Assembly (NCBI GenBank): GCA_001805445.1
Contig: MHGF01000022.1
Location: 74,613-138,612 of the forward strand
Source: Omnitrophica WOR_2 bacterium GWF2_43_52
Lineage (GTDB): Bacteria > Omnitrophota > Gorgyraeia > Gygaellales > UBA12090
Length of the DNA stretch: 64,000 bases
Reading direction: 5' to 3'
Under the pieces are notes generated by a model. That model was not told the DNA's origin, searched no databases, and saw only the letters and a list, made by a program, of their open reading frames with translations. The position numbers were made by a program, and so were the translations under genes. Positions 38,649-47,495 of the stretch are shown here, piece after piece. Positions within the stretch are counted from its first letter, which is position 1. Each line of letters opens with the position of its first letter.

Positions 38649-39101
38649 TTATCTGCTTAAGATAACCGCAATTAATGCGCCAATGATTGAGCCAATAAGC
38701 ACCTGAATGGGCGTGTGTCCGAGCAGCTCCTTGAGCTTGTTCTCTTTGATTTTTCCCTGCCAAGAAATATCTTCCATAATTTTATTGAGAATTTCCGCCT
38801 GCCTTCCTGCTGAACGGCGTACTCCCTGGGCATCAAACATCGTAACCATCGCAAATACGAATGCCAAGGCAAATAATGGCGATGAAAAACCTACTTCCAG
38901 GCCGCTGGAAAGGGCAAGCGCTGTTGCCCCCGCGGCATGTGATGAAGGCATGCCTCCGGTGCCGATAAACCAACGGAAATCGAATTTCTTCTGCTGCATT
39001 ACCCCCAGCGTTACCTTAATTGTCTGGGTAAATACCCAGGCAACAATGGTAACCGCGAGAATATGATTATTCAGAAAATAACGGGCTAAAAATTCTTTCA
39101 T
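38649..39101 (-). CDS. divergent PAP2 family membrane protein (DUF212)
   Basis: 150 aa. Motif GGMPSSHAAGATALA typical of the acid phosphatase/vanadium haloperoxidase-related family. Confidence 0.7.
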   Translation of the reverse strand: MKEFLARYFLNNHILAVTIVAWVFTQTIKVTLGVMQQKKFDFRWFIGTGGMPSSHAAGATALALSSGLEVGFSSPLFALAFVFAMVTMFDAQGVRRSAGRQAEILNKIMEDISWQGKIKENKLKELLGHTPIQVLIGSIIGALIAVILSR

Positions 39102-39694
39102 TTGAGCGGAGTCACCTCTATTGTAACGCGCGTATTTACGGTAGAAGCGCCATCTTTAATTAAATAGCCTAAGTTACCATTCAAACTATCGTCTTGTGTT
39201 AGGGGCATTACTCTCCATCTCGCAGATGATTGCCGCATTTTTACTTTTTGCTCCCTTATTGCTTTTTTTAATTCTGTTAAAGAATGAAACCGCGCGTTCA
39301 GCTGCGCGTTCTCCTGCTCAAGAAGCATGTTTTTTTCGATTAATACCTGATGTCCATCTTTTAATTGGGCATTTTCCTTTCGCCAATGTTTAATCTCTCT
39401 GATAAGCGAAAAAATGTGTTTCTGCTTTTTATGATTATAGTCCTTGAGCTCCTGCGCCCTGGCTCGAACGAGCTTCAGCCTTTCTAAGGTGGGAGACTGC
39501 CCCTGATTTTCTGCACTGCCTGCTGCCCATTCACTGGCAAGCTGTCCTTCCAATAGCGCAATCTCCTTATCTACCTCTTGTAATTGAGCTTCCAGCCTAT
39601 TTTCTTCATGAGACACATTTACATATCTCAAACCCAGGAAAACCGTTATCCCTAAAAGCACAGTAAACAATAAGACTACCGCGTTCTTTGGCAT
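39098..39694 (-). CDS. membrane-anchored coiled-coil protein, function unknown
   Basis: 198 aa. N-terminal TM helix followed by a long heptad-rich region. Overlaps the downstream gene by 4 nt. Confidence 0.5.
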   Translation of the reverse strand: MPKNAVVLLFTVLLGITVFLGLRYVNVSHEENRLEAQLQEVDKEIALLEGQLASEWAAGSAENQGQSPTLERLKLVRARAQELKDYNHKKQKHIFSLIREIKHWRKENAQLKDGHQVLIEKNMLLEQENAQLNARFHSLTELKKAIREQKVKMRQSSARWRVMPLTQDDSLNGNLGYLIKDGASTVNTRVTIEVTPLK

Positions 39695-39815
39695 CTTTAG
39701 ATCCCCTAACTTTTAAAATATAGATTTTCTTGCTTTCTGACAGCGCTTATGTTATTGTAAAAATACTATTATATTCGCGTTTTGCTATTTGTGCAAGGTT
39801 TTTTTGGAGAGGCAG

Positions 39816-41381
39816 ATGCTTTCTAAAGTCTTAAGCTATGGGTTATTAGGTATTGAAGCCTATTGTGTAGAAATAGAAGTTGATGTCCGGCAAGGGCTTC
39901 CAGCTGTTAACTTTGTAGGGCTTGCGGACCAGTCAACGAAAGAAAGTAAAGACAGGATTAAATGCGCGATACAGAATAGCGGCTTTCAATACCCCGCAGA
40001 AAGAATTACCGTTAACCTTGCGCCTGCTGATATCCCCAAAAGCGGCCCTGCCTTTGACCTTCCGATAGCCTTAGGGTTACTGGCAAGCGCTTCGCATATT
40101 AGCAAAAAAACGCTCCAGGATTTTGTGTTTCTCGGAGAGCTTGCATTAAATGGCGATATCCGGCCAATCAAAGGAAGCCTGCCTATTGCTATGGCAATGC
40201 GAGACACAAAAACTACCCCTAAAAGGCTTATTCTTCCCCTGGGCAACGCGGCTGAAGCAGGAATAATCGAACAAATAGACGCCTATGGAGTTACAAGCCT
40301 CAAAGAAGTTATCCACTTTTTATCTGAACAAACCGCGCTTTCACCTACAAAAATCAATCTTCTCCAATCAATGCAAGGCATACACTACCCTTTTGACTTT
40401 CAGGAGGTAAAAGGGCAGAATTTAGCTAAGAGGGCATTAGAAGTAGCTGTTTCCGGCGCGCACAATGTGCTGATGATTGGCCCTCCCGGAAGCGGGAAGA
40501 CGATGCTTGCCAAACGAATTCCCAGTATTTTACCGGACATTACCTTGGAAGAAGCCCTGGAAACCACTCAAATACACTCAAGCTTAGGAGCAGTATCCCC
40601 GCGGCGAGGCCTGGTTACTCAACGGCCCTTTTTTGCGCCACACCATACTATCTCGGATATAGCAATGGTCGGAGGAAGCCAATTGCCGCAACCCGGAGAA
40701 ATCAGCCTTGCTCATAACGGAGTCTTATTCTTAGATGAACTTCCCGAGTTTAAGCGTAATGTGCTTGAGGCGCTTAGGCAACCCCTTGAGGAAGGAAAAA
40801 TAAAAATTTCACGAATCCAAAAAACCTTAAGCTTTCCGGCTAAGTTTATGCTGGTTGCGGCGATGAATCCCTGCCCCTGCGGTTATTATACCGACCCCAC
40901 AAAACAGTGCCGCTGTAATTCCACAAAAATAGAACGCTATCTCTCCAAAATCTCAGGGCCCCTTTTGGATAGAATAGATATTCACATTGAGGTCCCGGCG
41001 ATAAAATATAAAGAGCTTACTTCCTGCGACAGCCCTGAACCGTCAGTAACGATACAAACGCGGGCCAAAAATGCCCGCGCCATACAATTGCAGCGTTTTT
41101 CCGCCAAAGGCGGATCCGCCTGCGGCGAAAAGGCCGAAGGGATATTTGCCAACGCGCAGATGAGCCATGCTCATATTAAAAAATACTGTACCGTTTCCTG
41201 CGATGGGCAGGCCCTGCTTAAGGCCGCGATTGAGGAATTAGGGTTCTCGGCACGGGCTTACGATAAAATCTTACGCGTCTCGCGCACTATTGCCGATTTA
41301 GCTGAATCTGAAACGATTGAAGCGGAACATATTTCAGAAGCAATACAATACAGAAGTTTAGACAGGCAGCTCTTTAGTTAA
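39816..41381 (+). CDS. YifB/ComM family Mg-chelatase-like AAA+ ATPase
   Basis: N-terminal Lon-protease-like domain, Walker A GPPGSGKT, sensor regions and C-terminal ChlI-like domain. The start is M at 39816 or 39789. Confidence 0.85.
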   Translation: MLSKVLSYGLLGIEAYCVEIEVDVRQGLPAVNFVGLADQSTKESKDRIKCAIQNSGFQYPAERITVNLAPADIPKSGPAFDLPIALGLLASASHISKKTLQDFVFLGELALNGDIRPIKGSLPIAMAMRDTKTTPKRLILPLGNAAEAGIIEQIDAYGVTSLKEVIHFLSEQTALSPTKINLLQSMQGIHYPFDFQEVKGQNLAKRALEVAVSGAHNVLMIGPPGSGKTMLAKRIPSILPDITLEEALETTQIHSSLGAVSPRRGLVTQRPFFAPHHTISDIAMVGGSQLPQPGEISLAHNGVLFLDELPEFKRNVLEALRQPLEEGKIKISRIQKTLSFPAKFMLVAAMNPCPCGYYTDPTKQCRCNSTKIERYLSKISGPLLDRIDIHIEVPAIKYKELTSCDSPEPSVTIQTRAKNARAIQLQRFSAKGGSACGEKAEGIFANAQMSHAHIKKYCTVSCDGQALLKAAIEELGFSARAYDKILRVSRTIADLAESETIEAEHISEAIQYRSLDRQLFS

Positions 41382-41382
41382 A

Positions 41383-41450
41383 GGTTAAACACGAATTCCC
41401 ACTAATTTTTATCGAATTAACACGAATCAATTCACGGAAATTCATGTTTT
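41383..41450. repeat. MITE-like ACACGAATT-family element (aaacacgaattcccac...cgaattaacacgaatcaattcacggaaattcatgttt)
   Basis: Read directly. Confidence 0.5.
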
Positions 41451-41505
41451 AAACGGGATTTTTTAGTGTACACATTAACACCTAAGAGAAAGGAGAAAAA
41501 ACAGA

Positions 41506-41820
41506 ATGATACTCACCAATATCGAATCCGTTCCAGGTAAGAAAATCATCGAACATTACGGCTTAGTCTGCGGGAGCACCATACGGGCAAAAAACGCGTT
41601 TAAAGATTTAGGCGCGGGCTTCAAAAACATCTTTGGCGGGGAGTTAAAAAGTTATACCGCGTTAATGGAAGAATCGCGCGGCCAGGCCATAGAACGCATG
41701 ATGCAGCAGGCGCAGGCGCTTGGGGCCAACGCGATTATCAATGTGCGTTTTTCCACCTCAAACATCGCGCAGGGAGCGGCTGAATTATACGTCTACGGCA
41801 CCGCGATCAAAACAGAATAG
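41506..41820 (+). CDS. YbjQ/UPF0145 family protein
   Basis: 104 aa. Characteristic GANAI.NVRF and AELYVYGTAI motifs. Confidence 0.75.
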   Translation: MILTNIESVPGKKIIEHYGLVCGSTIRAKNAFKDLGAGFKNIFGGELKSYTALMEESRGQAIERMMQQAQALGANAIINVRFSTSNIAQGAAELYVYGTAIKTE

Positions 41821-41830
41821 GAGGCGCGCT

Positions 41831-42259
41831 ATGTTTGATTTGATTTCTTTTATTATTTTGGTTGGCCTGGGCTATTTCATAGGTACACAGATAGAAAAAA
41901 AGCACTACGCGTCGCTGAAACGCCGCGAAGCGCTTTACTTACAGCTTCCCGCGGTTACCGCCAAAAACATGCTTGAAGAGAGGCCGATTGAAAAGGCCAG
42001 CCTCATTTCAGGGAGTGCCGCGATCTCCACCGATTATTTTAAAACACTGCTTTCCGGGCTGAGGAATTTCTTAGGCGGAGAAATATCAGCTCACGAAACC
42101 ATCCTTGACCGGGCGCGAAGAGAGGCCATCGTGCGCCTTAAGGAAAAAGCGGCCGATGCGGATATTATTTTAAATCTGCGTATTGAAACTTCCACCGTAA
42201 GCCTCATGGGCGGGGCCGAGGTTTTAGCCTATGGCACGGCGATATATTATAAAAAATGA
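41831..42259 (+). CDS. membrane-anchored YbjQ/UPF0145-like protein
   Basis: In-frame ATG at 41831 preceded by AGGAGG. N-terminal TM helix, then a UPF0145-like core ending AEVLAYGTAIY. Confidence 0.6.
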   Translation: MFDLISFIILVGLGYFIGTQIEKKHYASLKRREALYLQLPAVTAKNMLEERPIEKASLISGSAAISTDYFKTLLSGLRNFLGGEISAHETILDRARREAIVRLKEKAADADIILNLRIETSTVSLMGGAEVLAYGTAIYYKK

Positions 42260-43080
42260 AGTTTACGCCCAAAACGATTGAGGAAAATGTCAATGTTTCG
42301 CCAACCTCTCCGGTTAAGGATTTCTTTGAGTTAATCCTTAAAATACTGGGTATATTTTTAGCCTTGTATATCCTGCTTGGCTTCGCGGTTGATTATATCG
42401 CCCCCCGCATCTCGGAAAAAACAGAAGCTCAATTTGGCGCTTTATTTAACAGTATCTACGAAGAACAAAAACTCCCGGACTCCGAGAAAACAGTTCAATC
42501 TATTGTAGATAAATTATTATCGCACAATCCTTCGCTGCCAAGATTCACGTATCAAACACACCTTATTGAATCAAAAAAAATCAACGCGCAGGCCTTCCCC
42601 GGAGGGCATATTATCATCTATACCGGCTTATTAAAGGAAATGCGTTCTGAAAATGAGTTGGCGATGGTCATTGCCCATGAGTTAGGCCATTTTGCCCATC
42701 GAGACCACTTGCGCGGCTTAGGCAGGGGCCTGGTATTCCTGGTATTTTCCACCTTTCTCTCCGGAGCCGATAGTTCCGTAAGCAGGTTCATTGCCAATTC
42801 AATGACCAATGCCGAAATGAGATTTTCTCAAACGCAGGAAAGCGCCGCGGACTCCTTCGCGCTGGAATTATTGAATAAAACCTACAGCCATGCCGCGGGG
42901 GCAACGGATTTCTTCGAGAAAATGTCGCTAAAGTATCCGGCGCCGCGTTTTTTCTATATCTTCGCGACCCACCCGTATCCTCAACGCCGCATTGAAGCGC
43001 TCAAAAATACTATCAAAGAAAAACACTACTTAATAAAAGAAAAAATCCCCCTGTCGCTGCCGCACCAAGATGTTCACTGA
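42256..43080 (+). CDS. M48 family zinc metallopeptidase
   Basis: 274 aa. HELGHFAHRDH (HExxH) and downstream E...ADxF motifs. N-terminal TM helix. Confidence 0.8.
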   Translation: MKFTPKTIEENVNVSPTSPVKDFFELILKILGIFLALYILLGFAVDYIAPRISEKTEAQFGALFNSIYEEQKLPDSEKTVQSIVDKLLSHNPSLPRFTYQTHLIESKKINAQAFPGGHIIIYTGLLKEMRSENELAMVIAHELGHFAHRDHLRGLGRGLVFLVFSTFLSGADSSVSRFIANSMTNAEMRFSQTQESAADSFALELLNKTYSHAAGATDFFEKMSLKYPAPRFFYIFATHPYPQRRIEALKNTIKEKHYLIKEKIPLSLPHQDVH

Positions 43081-43082
43081 GA

Positions 43083-43184
43083 AAAAAGGGGTCACACCTA
43101 TTTTTCCGCTTTTCTCTTCGTTATCTGGTGAAAACTATATTGTGAAGAAAAAGTGAACAAAAATAGGGGTGACCCCTTTTTTCT
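43083..43184. terminator. long imperfect palindrome (24-bp arms aaaaaaggggtcacacctattttt / aaaaataggggtgacccctttttt, ~54-nt spacer) between convergent M48 and L27-like genes
   Basis: Arms read directly. T-runs follow on both strands, consistent with a bidirectional terminator. Confidence 0.45.
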
Positions 43185-43189
43185 TTATT

Positions 43190-43450
43190 TTATTCTTTCT
43201 TGCCTAAAGGCTTAACATTAATTACCGTGTGTTTTTTATCGGTTTTGTAGGTCCCTCTTTTGCGGGTAAAATATACCGTACCATCGCAAACAGCAGACAG
43301 GCTGCCTTTACCGGCAACATTAAGGCCGGCTTTCCATTTATTGCCTTCACGGGTTAGAATCGCGCCCTTTTTCACTACCTGGCCACCAACAACCTTCAAC
43401 CCTTTGGTTTCAGGATAATGCTTATGCGTTACTCCGCCAACTCCTATCAT
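43190..43450 (-). CDS. rpmA: ribosomal protein L27-like protein with non-canonical N-terminus
   Basis: 86 aa. The core GLKVVGGQVVKKGAILTREGNKWKAGLNVAGKGSLSAVCDGTVYF aligns to the L27 fold. The conserved N-terminal AHKKGGGS segment is absent (MIGVGGVTHKHYPETKG), and an in-frame stop lies 6 codons upstream. Confidence 0.6.
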   Translation of the reverse strand: MIGVGGVTHKHYPETKGLKVVGGQVVKKGAILTREGNKWKAGLNVAGKGSLSAVCDGTVYFTRKRGTYKTDKKHTVINVKPLGKKE

Positions 43451-43481
43451 ACGTAAACACCCCTTTCTTTACATAACTTTG

Positions 43482-43880
43482 TTACAGCTGCTGCCATAAC
43501 AAGATGACCCTGTTTAAAAATACAAAAAATCCTAAAATCCCCGCAAAGAGCACCGCCACCAAGACTACTCCCGCGGCTACGTCTTTAATAAGCTTGATTT
43601 TCGGATGGAACTCTTCGGTAATCAAATTGCTCAAATCTTCAATGAGCGTATTGATGACTTCCGCGAGAAAAACAACCATAATCGCTACGCTTAAAACGAA
43701 TATTTCTAATTTTGATATCCCCAGATAAAAACCGCATACCATCGCGAAGATAAAGGAAAGAAATATCAAGCGGGCATTACGGTGATTGGTGAGAATATGG
43801 TATATCCCCCGCAGAGCATTCTGGATACTCTCAAGTAAAGTATCGCTACTCCAAGAGCGGATTTCTTTTTTCGTACCCAT
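43482..43880 (-). CDS. dgkA: diacylglycerol kinase (prokaryotic DgkA family)
   Basis: 132 aa with three TM helices. Motifs EVINT.IE and KD.AAG.VL. Confidence 0.75.
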   Translation of the reverse strand: MGTKKEIRSWSSDTLLESIQNALRGIYHILTNHRNARLIFLSFIFAMVCGFYLGISKLEIFVLSVAIMVVFLAEVINTLIEDLSNLITEEFHPKIKLIKDVAAGVVLVAVLFAGILGFFVFLNRVILLWQQL

Positions 43881-43884
43881 AGCC

Positions 43885-44442
43885 CTAATCCTTCATCAAT
43901 GACAAGGCCTCTGAACGGGTTTTAACGTTTTCCTTAAAAATACCCCGCACCGCGGAAGTCACTGTGCGTGTCCCCGGTTTTTGGACTCCGCGCATGGACA
44001 TGCAAAGATGCTCTGCTTCTATAACTACCATTACGCCCAAAGGCTTGAGTTTTTCCATGATAATCTCGGCAATCTGTGTCGTCAAACGCTCCTGGACCTG
44101 TGGGCGGCGCGCCAAGGTATCGACGACCCGGGCAATCTTACTTAAGCCGGTAACTCTGCCATGTTTAGGAATATAGGCAACGTTGGCTTTGCCGATAAAA
44201 GGAATAAGATGATGTTCGCAAATGGAATATAACGGGATGCCTTTGAGCAGAATGATTTCCTCATGCTTTTGGTCTAAAATAACCTCAAGCTCTTTTGCCG
44301 GATCCTTCTGCGTGCCGGAGAAAATTTCTTCATACATTTCGGCTACCCGCCGAGGAGTTTCCACTAAGTCTCTGCGCTTAGGATTCTCTCCGATAGCTTC
44401 CAAAATATCCCGAATCGCCTTTTCTATCTTTTTTTTGTCCAT
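43885..44442 (-). CDS. folE: GTP cyclohydrolase I
   Basis: 185 aa. Motifs CEHHL.PF.G...AY.P and a conserved C-terminal region. Confidence 0.9.
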   Translation of the reverse strand: MDKKKIEKAIRDILEAIGENPKRRDLVETPRRVAEMYEEIFSGTQKDPAKELEVILDQKHEEIILLKGIPLYSICEHHLIPFIGKANVAYIPKHGRVTGLSKIARVVDTLARRPQVQERLTTQIAEIIMEKLKPLGVMVVIEAEHLCMSMRGVQKPGTRTVTSAVRGIFKENVKTRSEALSLMKD

Positions 44443-44478
44443 TCTCTATCTCTCGGCGAAATTTAACAACCGCCTCTC

Positions 44479-45933
44479 TTACTTACCGACGCAAAACTCA
44501 CCAAATATTTTATCTAAAATATCTTCTTCAATGATTTCGCCAGTTATATGCGCCAAATGATTACTACAGATTTTTAAATCTTCGGCGATAAACTCAATAG
44601 ATGCCTCTCTGGCTAAAGAATCTTTTGCCTGTTGTAAGGCTTTACGCGCCTCTTTAAGCGCCTGGATATGGCGCGCGTTAGTAATAATGATTTCCTCCGA
44701 AGCCTCTAGGTTACCCTGCCACACCGTTTGAAAAATACTCTCTTCAAGCGCCATAAGCCCTTTTTGTTTTCGGGTTGAAATTTTCACGCTACGAGAAAAA
44801 GAGCGCTGTATCTGGCCTTCTTCTATTCGTATCTTAAGATCGCACTTATTCAATACCGCGATCACGCTCTTGTGGCTGGCTTTTTTGATTAAGGCTCTAT
44901 CTTCTTGCGTAAGCCTGCGGCTTGCGTCAAAAACCAAAAGTACCAGATTCGCCTTTTCAAAATAGCTCTGGGTGCGTTTAAGCGCTTCCTTTTCTATGAA
45001 ATCCCGCGGCTCTATTATACCTGCAGTATCGGCAATCTTCAAGGGAATTCCCTGTAAATCCAGAATTTCCTCAATAGCATCCCGGGTGGTTCCGGCAACA
45101 GGGCTTACTATTGCCCGCTCCTCCCGCAATAAGGCATTCAGAAGCGACGACTTTCCTACGTTTGCCTTGCCCACAATGACAACGCGTATTCCTTCGCGTA
45201 AAATTTTCCCGTGAGAAGCTGAATGCAGCAATGCCTGTATCAAGCCGGATACTACGTCTATCGACTGGGCAATCTTTTCTCTCTGGACAGGCGTTATTTC
45301 CTCTTCAGAAAAATCGATATTTGCCTCAAGCAGCGCAAGGACTTCCAAAAGCTTTGCTTTTAGCTTATTGATTTCCTGCGACAATGCTCCTTTAAGCTGC
45401 CGTATGCCGCTCTCTAAGCCGCGGGTAGTCTTGGCATTAATAACATCCAAAACAGCCTCTGCCTTACTTAAATCAATCCTGCCGTTTAAAAATGCCCTTT
45501 TGGTAAATTCTCCGGGTAATGCCAAACGCGCGCCAGCTGAAAGCACTACGTCTAAAATTTCCCGTAGCACTACAATCCCGTTATGGCAGCTGATTTCTAC
45601 AATATCTTCCTTGGTGTAACTTCGCGGAGCGCGCATCACGGTCAAAAGCACTTCGTCAATTACATTGGTCGATAGTCTATGGTCAATAGCCGATGGTTTT
45701 TTCTGATGGCGTGGCGACATGCCTGCCCCGACTGAAACGTCGGGGATGCTCTGGTGACTTTTCACAATCCATCCATAATGCACCGTATAGGTTTTGTACC
45801 CTGAGGGTTTGCCTCCATCCTTAGAAACAAATATTTTATCCGCGATTGGCAAAACATCCTGGCCGCTTAGACGGATTATTCCTATGCCGCCCTGGCCTAT
45901 GGGTGTAGAAATTGCGGCAATGGTATCATTCAT
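44479..45933 (-). CDS. mnmE: tRNA modification GTPase MnmE, with a ~40-aa N-domain insertion
   Basis: C-terminal CVGK. G-domain VVIVGKANVGKSSLLNAL and DTAG. Likely start MNDTIAAISTP at 45933 (track start 45972). The insertion SKDGG...KKPSAIDHRLSTNVID relative to typical MnmE contains the ATAGTCGATAG-family repeat. Confidence 0.85.
   Translation of the reverse strand: MNDTIAAISTPIGQGGIGIIRLSGQDVLPIADKIFVSKDGGKPSGYKTYTVHYGWIVKSHQSIPDVSVGAGMSPRHQKKPSAIDHRLSTNVIDEVLLTVMRAPRSYTKEDIVEISCHNGIVVLREILDVVLSAGARLALPGEFTKRAFLNGRIDLSKAEAVLDVINAKTTRGLESGIRQLKGALSQEINKLKAKLLEVLALLEANIDFSEEEITPVQREKIAQSIDVVSGLIQALLHSASHGKILREGIRVVIVGKANVGKSSLLNALLREERAIVSPVAGTTRDAIEEILDLQGIPLKIADTAGIIEPRDFIEKEALKRTQSYFEKANLVLLVFDASRRLTQEDRALIKKASHKSVIAVLNKCDLKIRIEEGQIQRSFSRSVKISTRKQKGLMALEESIFQTVWQGNLEASEEIIITNARHIQALKEARKALQQAKDSLAREASIEFIAEDLKICSNHLAHITGEIIEEDILDKIFGEFCVGK
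45667..45696. repeat. ATAGTCGATAG-family repeat copy located in-frame inside the mnmE coding sequence
   Basis: ggtcgatagtctatggtcaatagccgatgg closely matches the intergenic copy at 25998-26032 and encodes ...PSAIDHRLSTN... in MnmE. Confidence 0.55.
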
Positions 45934-46033
45934 AGTTTTAAACATATTCTCTTTGTTAATAGCGGTTACCAACGGTTAAAAGCAGTTAATAACAGTTACT
46001 GTTGTAACCGATTGTAACCAATAGTAACTGCTC

Positions 46034-47431
46034 TTAACTGTTTGTAACTGCCTTTAATATTATCTTTCTGGCTTCTCCCACTACAAATAATGAACCGGTA
46101 ATCAAAATTAAGTCTTTGGAGCCGGCGAGGTATTTGGCAAGGACAATTGCTTTCTTTACATCAGACGTTACTTCTAACGGTTTGCCTATATATTTTTTAA
46201 TGCTTTCAGGCTCTTCTGCCCTAGGATTCCAGGCTTTAGTCAGAATGACCTTATCCGCGATATCCTCAAGCATCGCACAGACACCCTCTATATCTTTATC
46301 AGAAGAAATCCCTAAAACTAAAATCAGCTTTTGATACGTATAATATTTCTTTAATGCTTCCTTGAGCGTAAACGCTGAAGCCGTGTTTTGCGCTCCATCA
46401 AGAATTATCGTCGGCTTTCTCCCCGCTATTTCAAGCCTGCCCGGCCAAGAGGCGCTCATTAAACCTCTTTTTATTACGTGGGGACTCAGGCGCTTATCCT
46501 CAAGCGCCTCTGCCATACCGATAGCCAAAGAAGCATTATCCAATTGATGTTCACCAAGCAGTTTTATTTTCAGGCCCGTATACTTTCTCTTCAGCCCTCT
46601 GACCTCAAAGCTCTGCCACTCACCCTTGATTCTTCCTAAACGCCAGACAATATCTTTACCTACTTCATATAACCTTGCCTTTTCTTTAAGGCAACGTTTT
46701 TTTATAACTGCCCGTGCCTCTTTCTTCTGCGCCGCACTTATGACAATGAGGGAATTGCCGTATCTATCGTCCTTCGTCCCTCGTCCCTCGTCCCTCTTAA
46801 TAATCCCCGCCTTCTCTTTCGCTATTTTTGCGAGGCTCTTGCCTAAAAGATCCATATGGTCATAGCTTATCGGGGTAATCCCGCAGACTAAAGGGTCTAC
46901 CACATTAGTAGCGTCAAGCCTCCCGCCTAACCCTGTTTCTAAAACCGCGTAATCCACTCGTTGTTCCTTAAAATACATAAACGCAAGCGCCGTATACACC
47001 TCAAAAAAAGTCAAATCCCCATATTTACTTACGCGCTGATATTTCTCAATTAACGGCTTTACTCTTTCTACAAGATGTGTTATCTCTTTCTTGCTTATCA
47101 TCCCCTCAAACTCGTCCTTCGTCTTTCGTCTTTCGTCCTTCGTCTTTCGTAATACGCGAATTCTCTCCCTTACATCCATTAAATGCGGCGAGGTATATAA
47201 TCCCACGCTATAGCCGGCTTCTCTTAAAATAGAGGCAATAAAAATACATACTGAGCCTTTCCCCTTAGTGCCGGCAATATGCAGGCATTGTAAGGCCTCT
47301 TGCGGATTACCGATAAGTTCCAAAAAATCCTGAATTCTTTCTAACTTAAAGGATTTTCTATAAGAATACGTATTTTTATTCTCATAGTTAATGAACGAAT
47401 TAAGATAGGCGAGTGCCTCTGTATAAGTCAT
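46034..47431 (-). CDS. folC: bifunctional folylpolyglutamate synthase / dihydrofolate synthase
   Basis: 465 aa. P-loop GTKGKGS, SPHL and Mur-ligase central and C-terminal domains. Two low-complexity insertions (RKTKDERRKTKDE and DEGRGTKDDRYG) are encoded by the GACGAAGGACGA-type microsatellite. Confidence 0.85.
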   Translation of the reverse strand: MTYTEALAYLNSFINYENKNTYSYRKSFKLERIQDFLELIGNPQEALQCLHIAGTKGKGSVCIFIASILREAGYSVGLYTSPHLMDVRERIRVLRKTKDERRKTKDEFEGMISKKEITHLVERVKPLIEKYQRVSKYGDLTFFEVYTALAFMYFKEQRVDYAVLETGLGGRLDATNVVDPLVCGITPISYDHMDLLGKSLAKIAKEKAGIIKRDEGRGTKDDRYGNSLIVISAAQKKEARAVIKKRCLKEKARLYEVGKDIVWRLGRIKGEWQSFEVRGLKRKYTGLKIKLLGEHQLDNASLAIGMAEALEDKRLSPHVIKRGLMSASWPGRLEIAGRKPTIILDGAQNTASAFTLKEALKKYYTYQKLILVLGISSDKDIEGVCAMLEDIADKVILTKAWNPRAEEPESIKKYIGKPLEVTSDVKKAIVLAKYLAGSKDLILITGSLFVVGEARKIILKAVTNS

Positions 47432-47495
47432 AGGAAGGAAACGTACGATACGTTAAAGCTATTTCCGTATTGAGATAATCCCTATGCCCCTCTGT

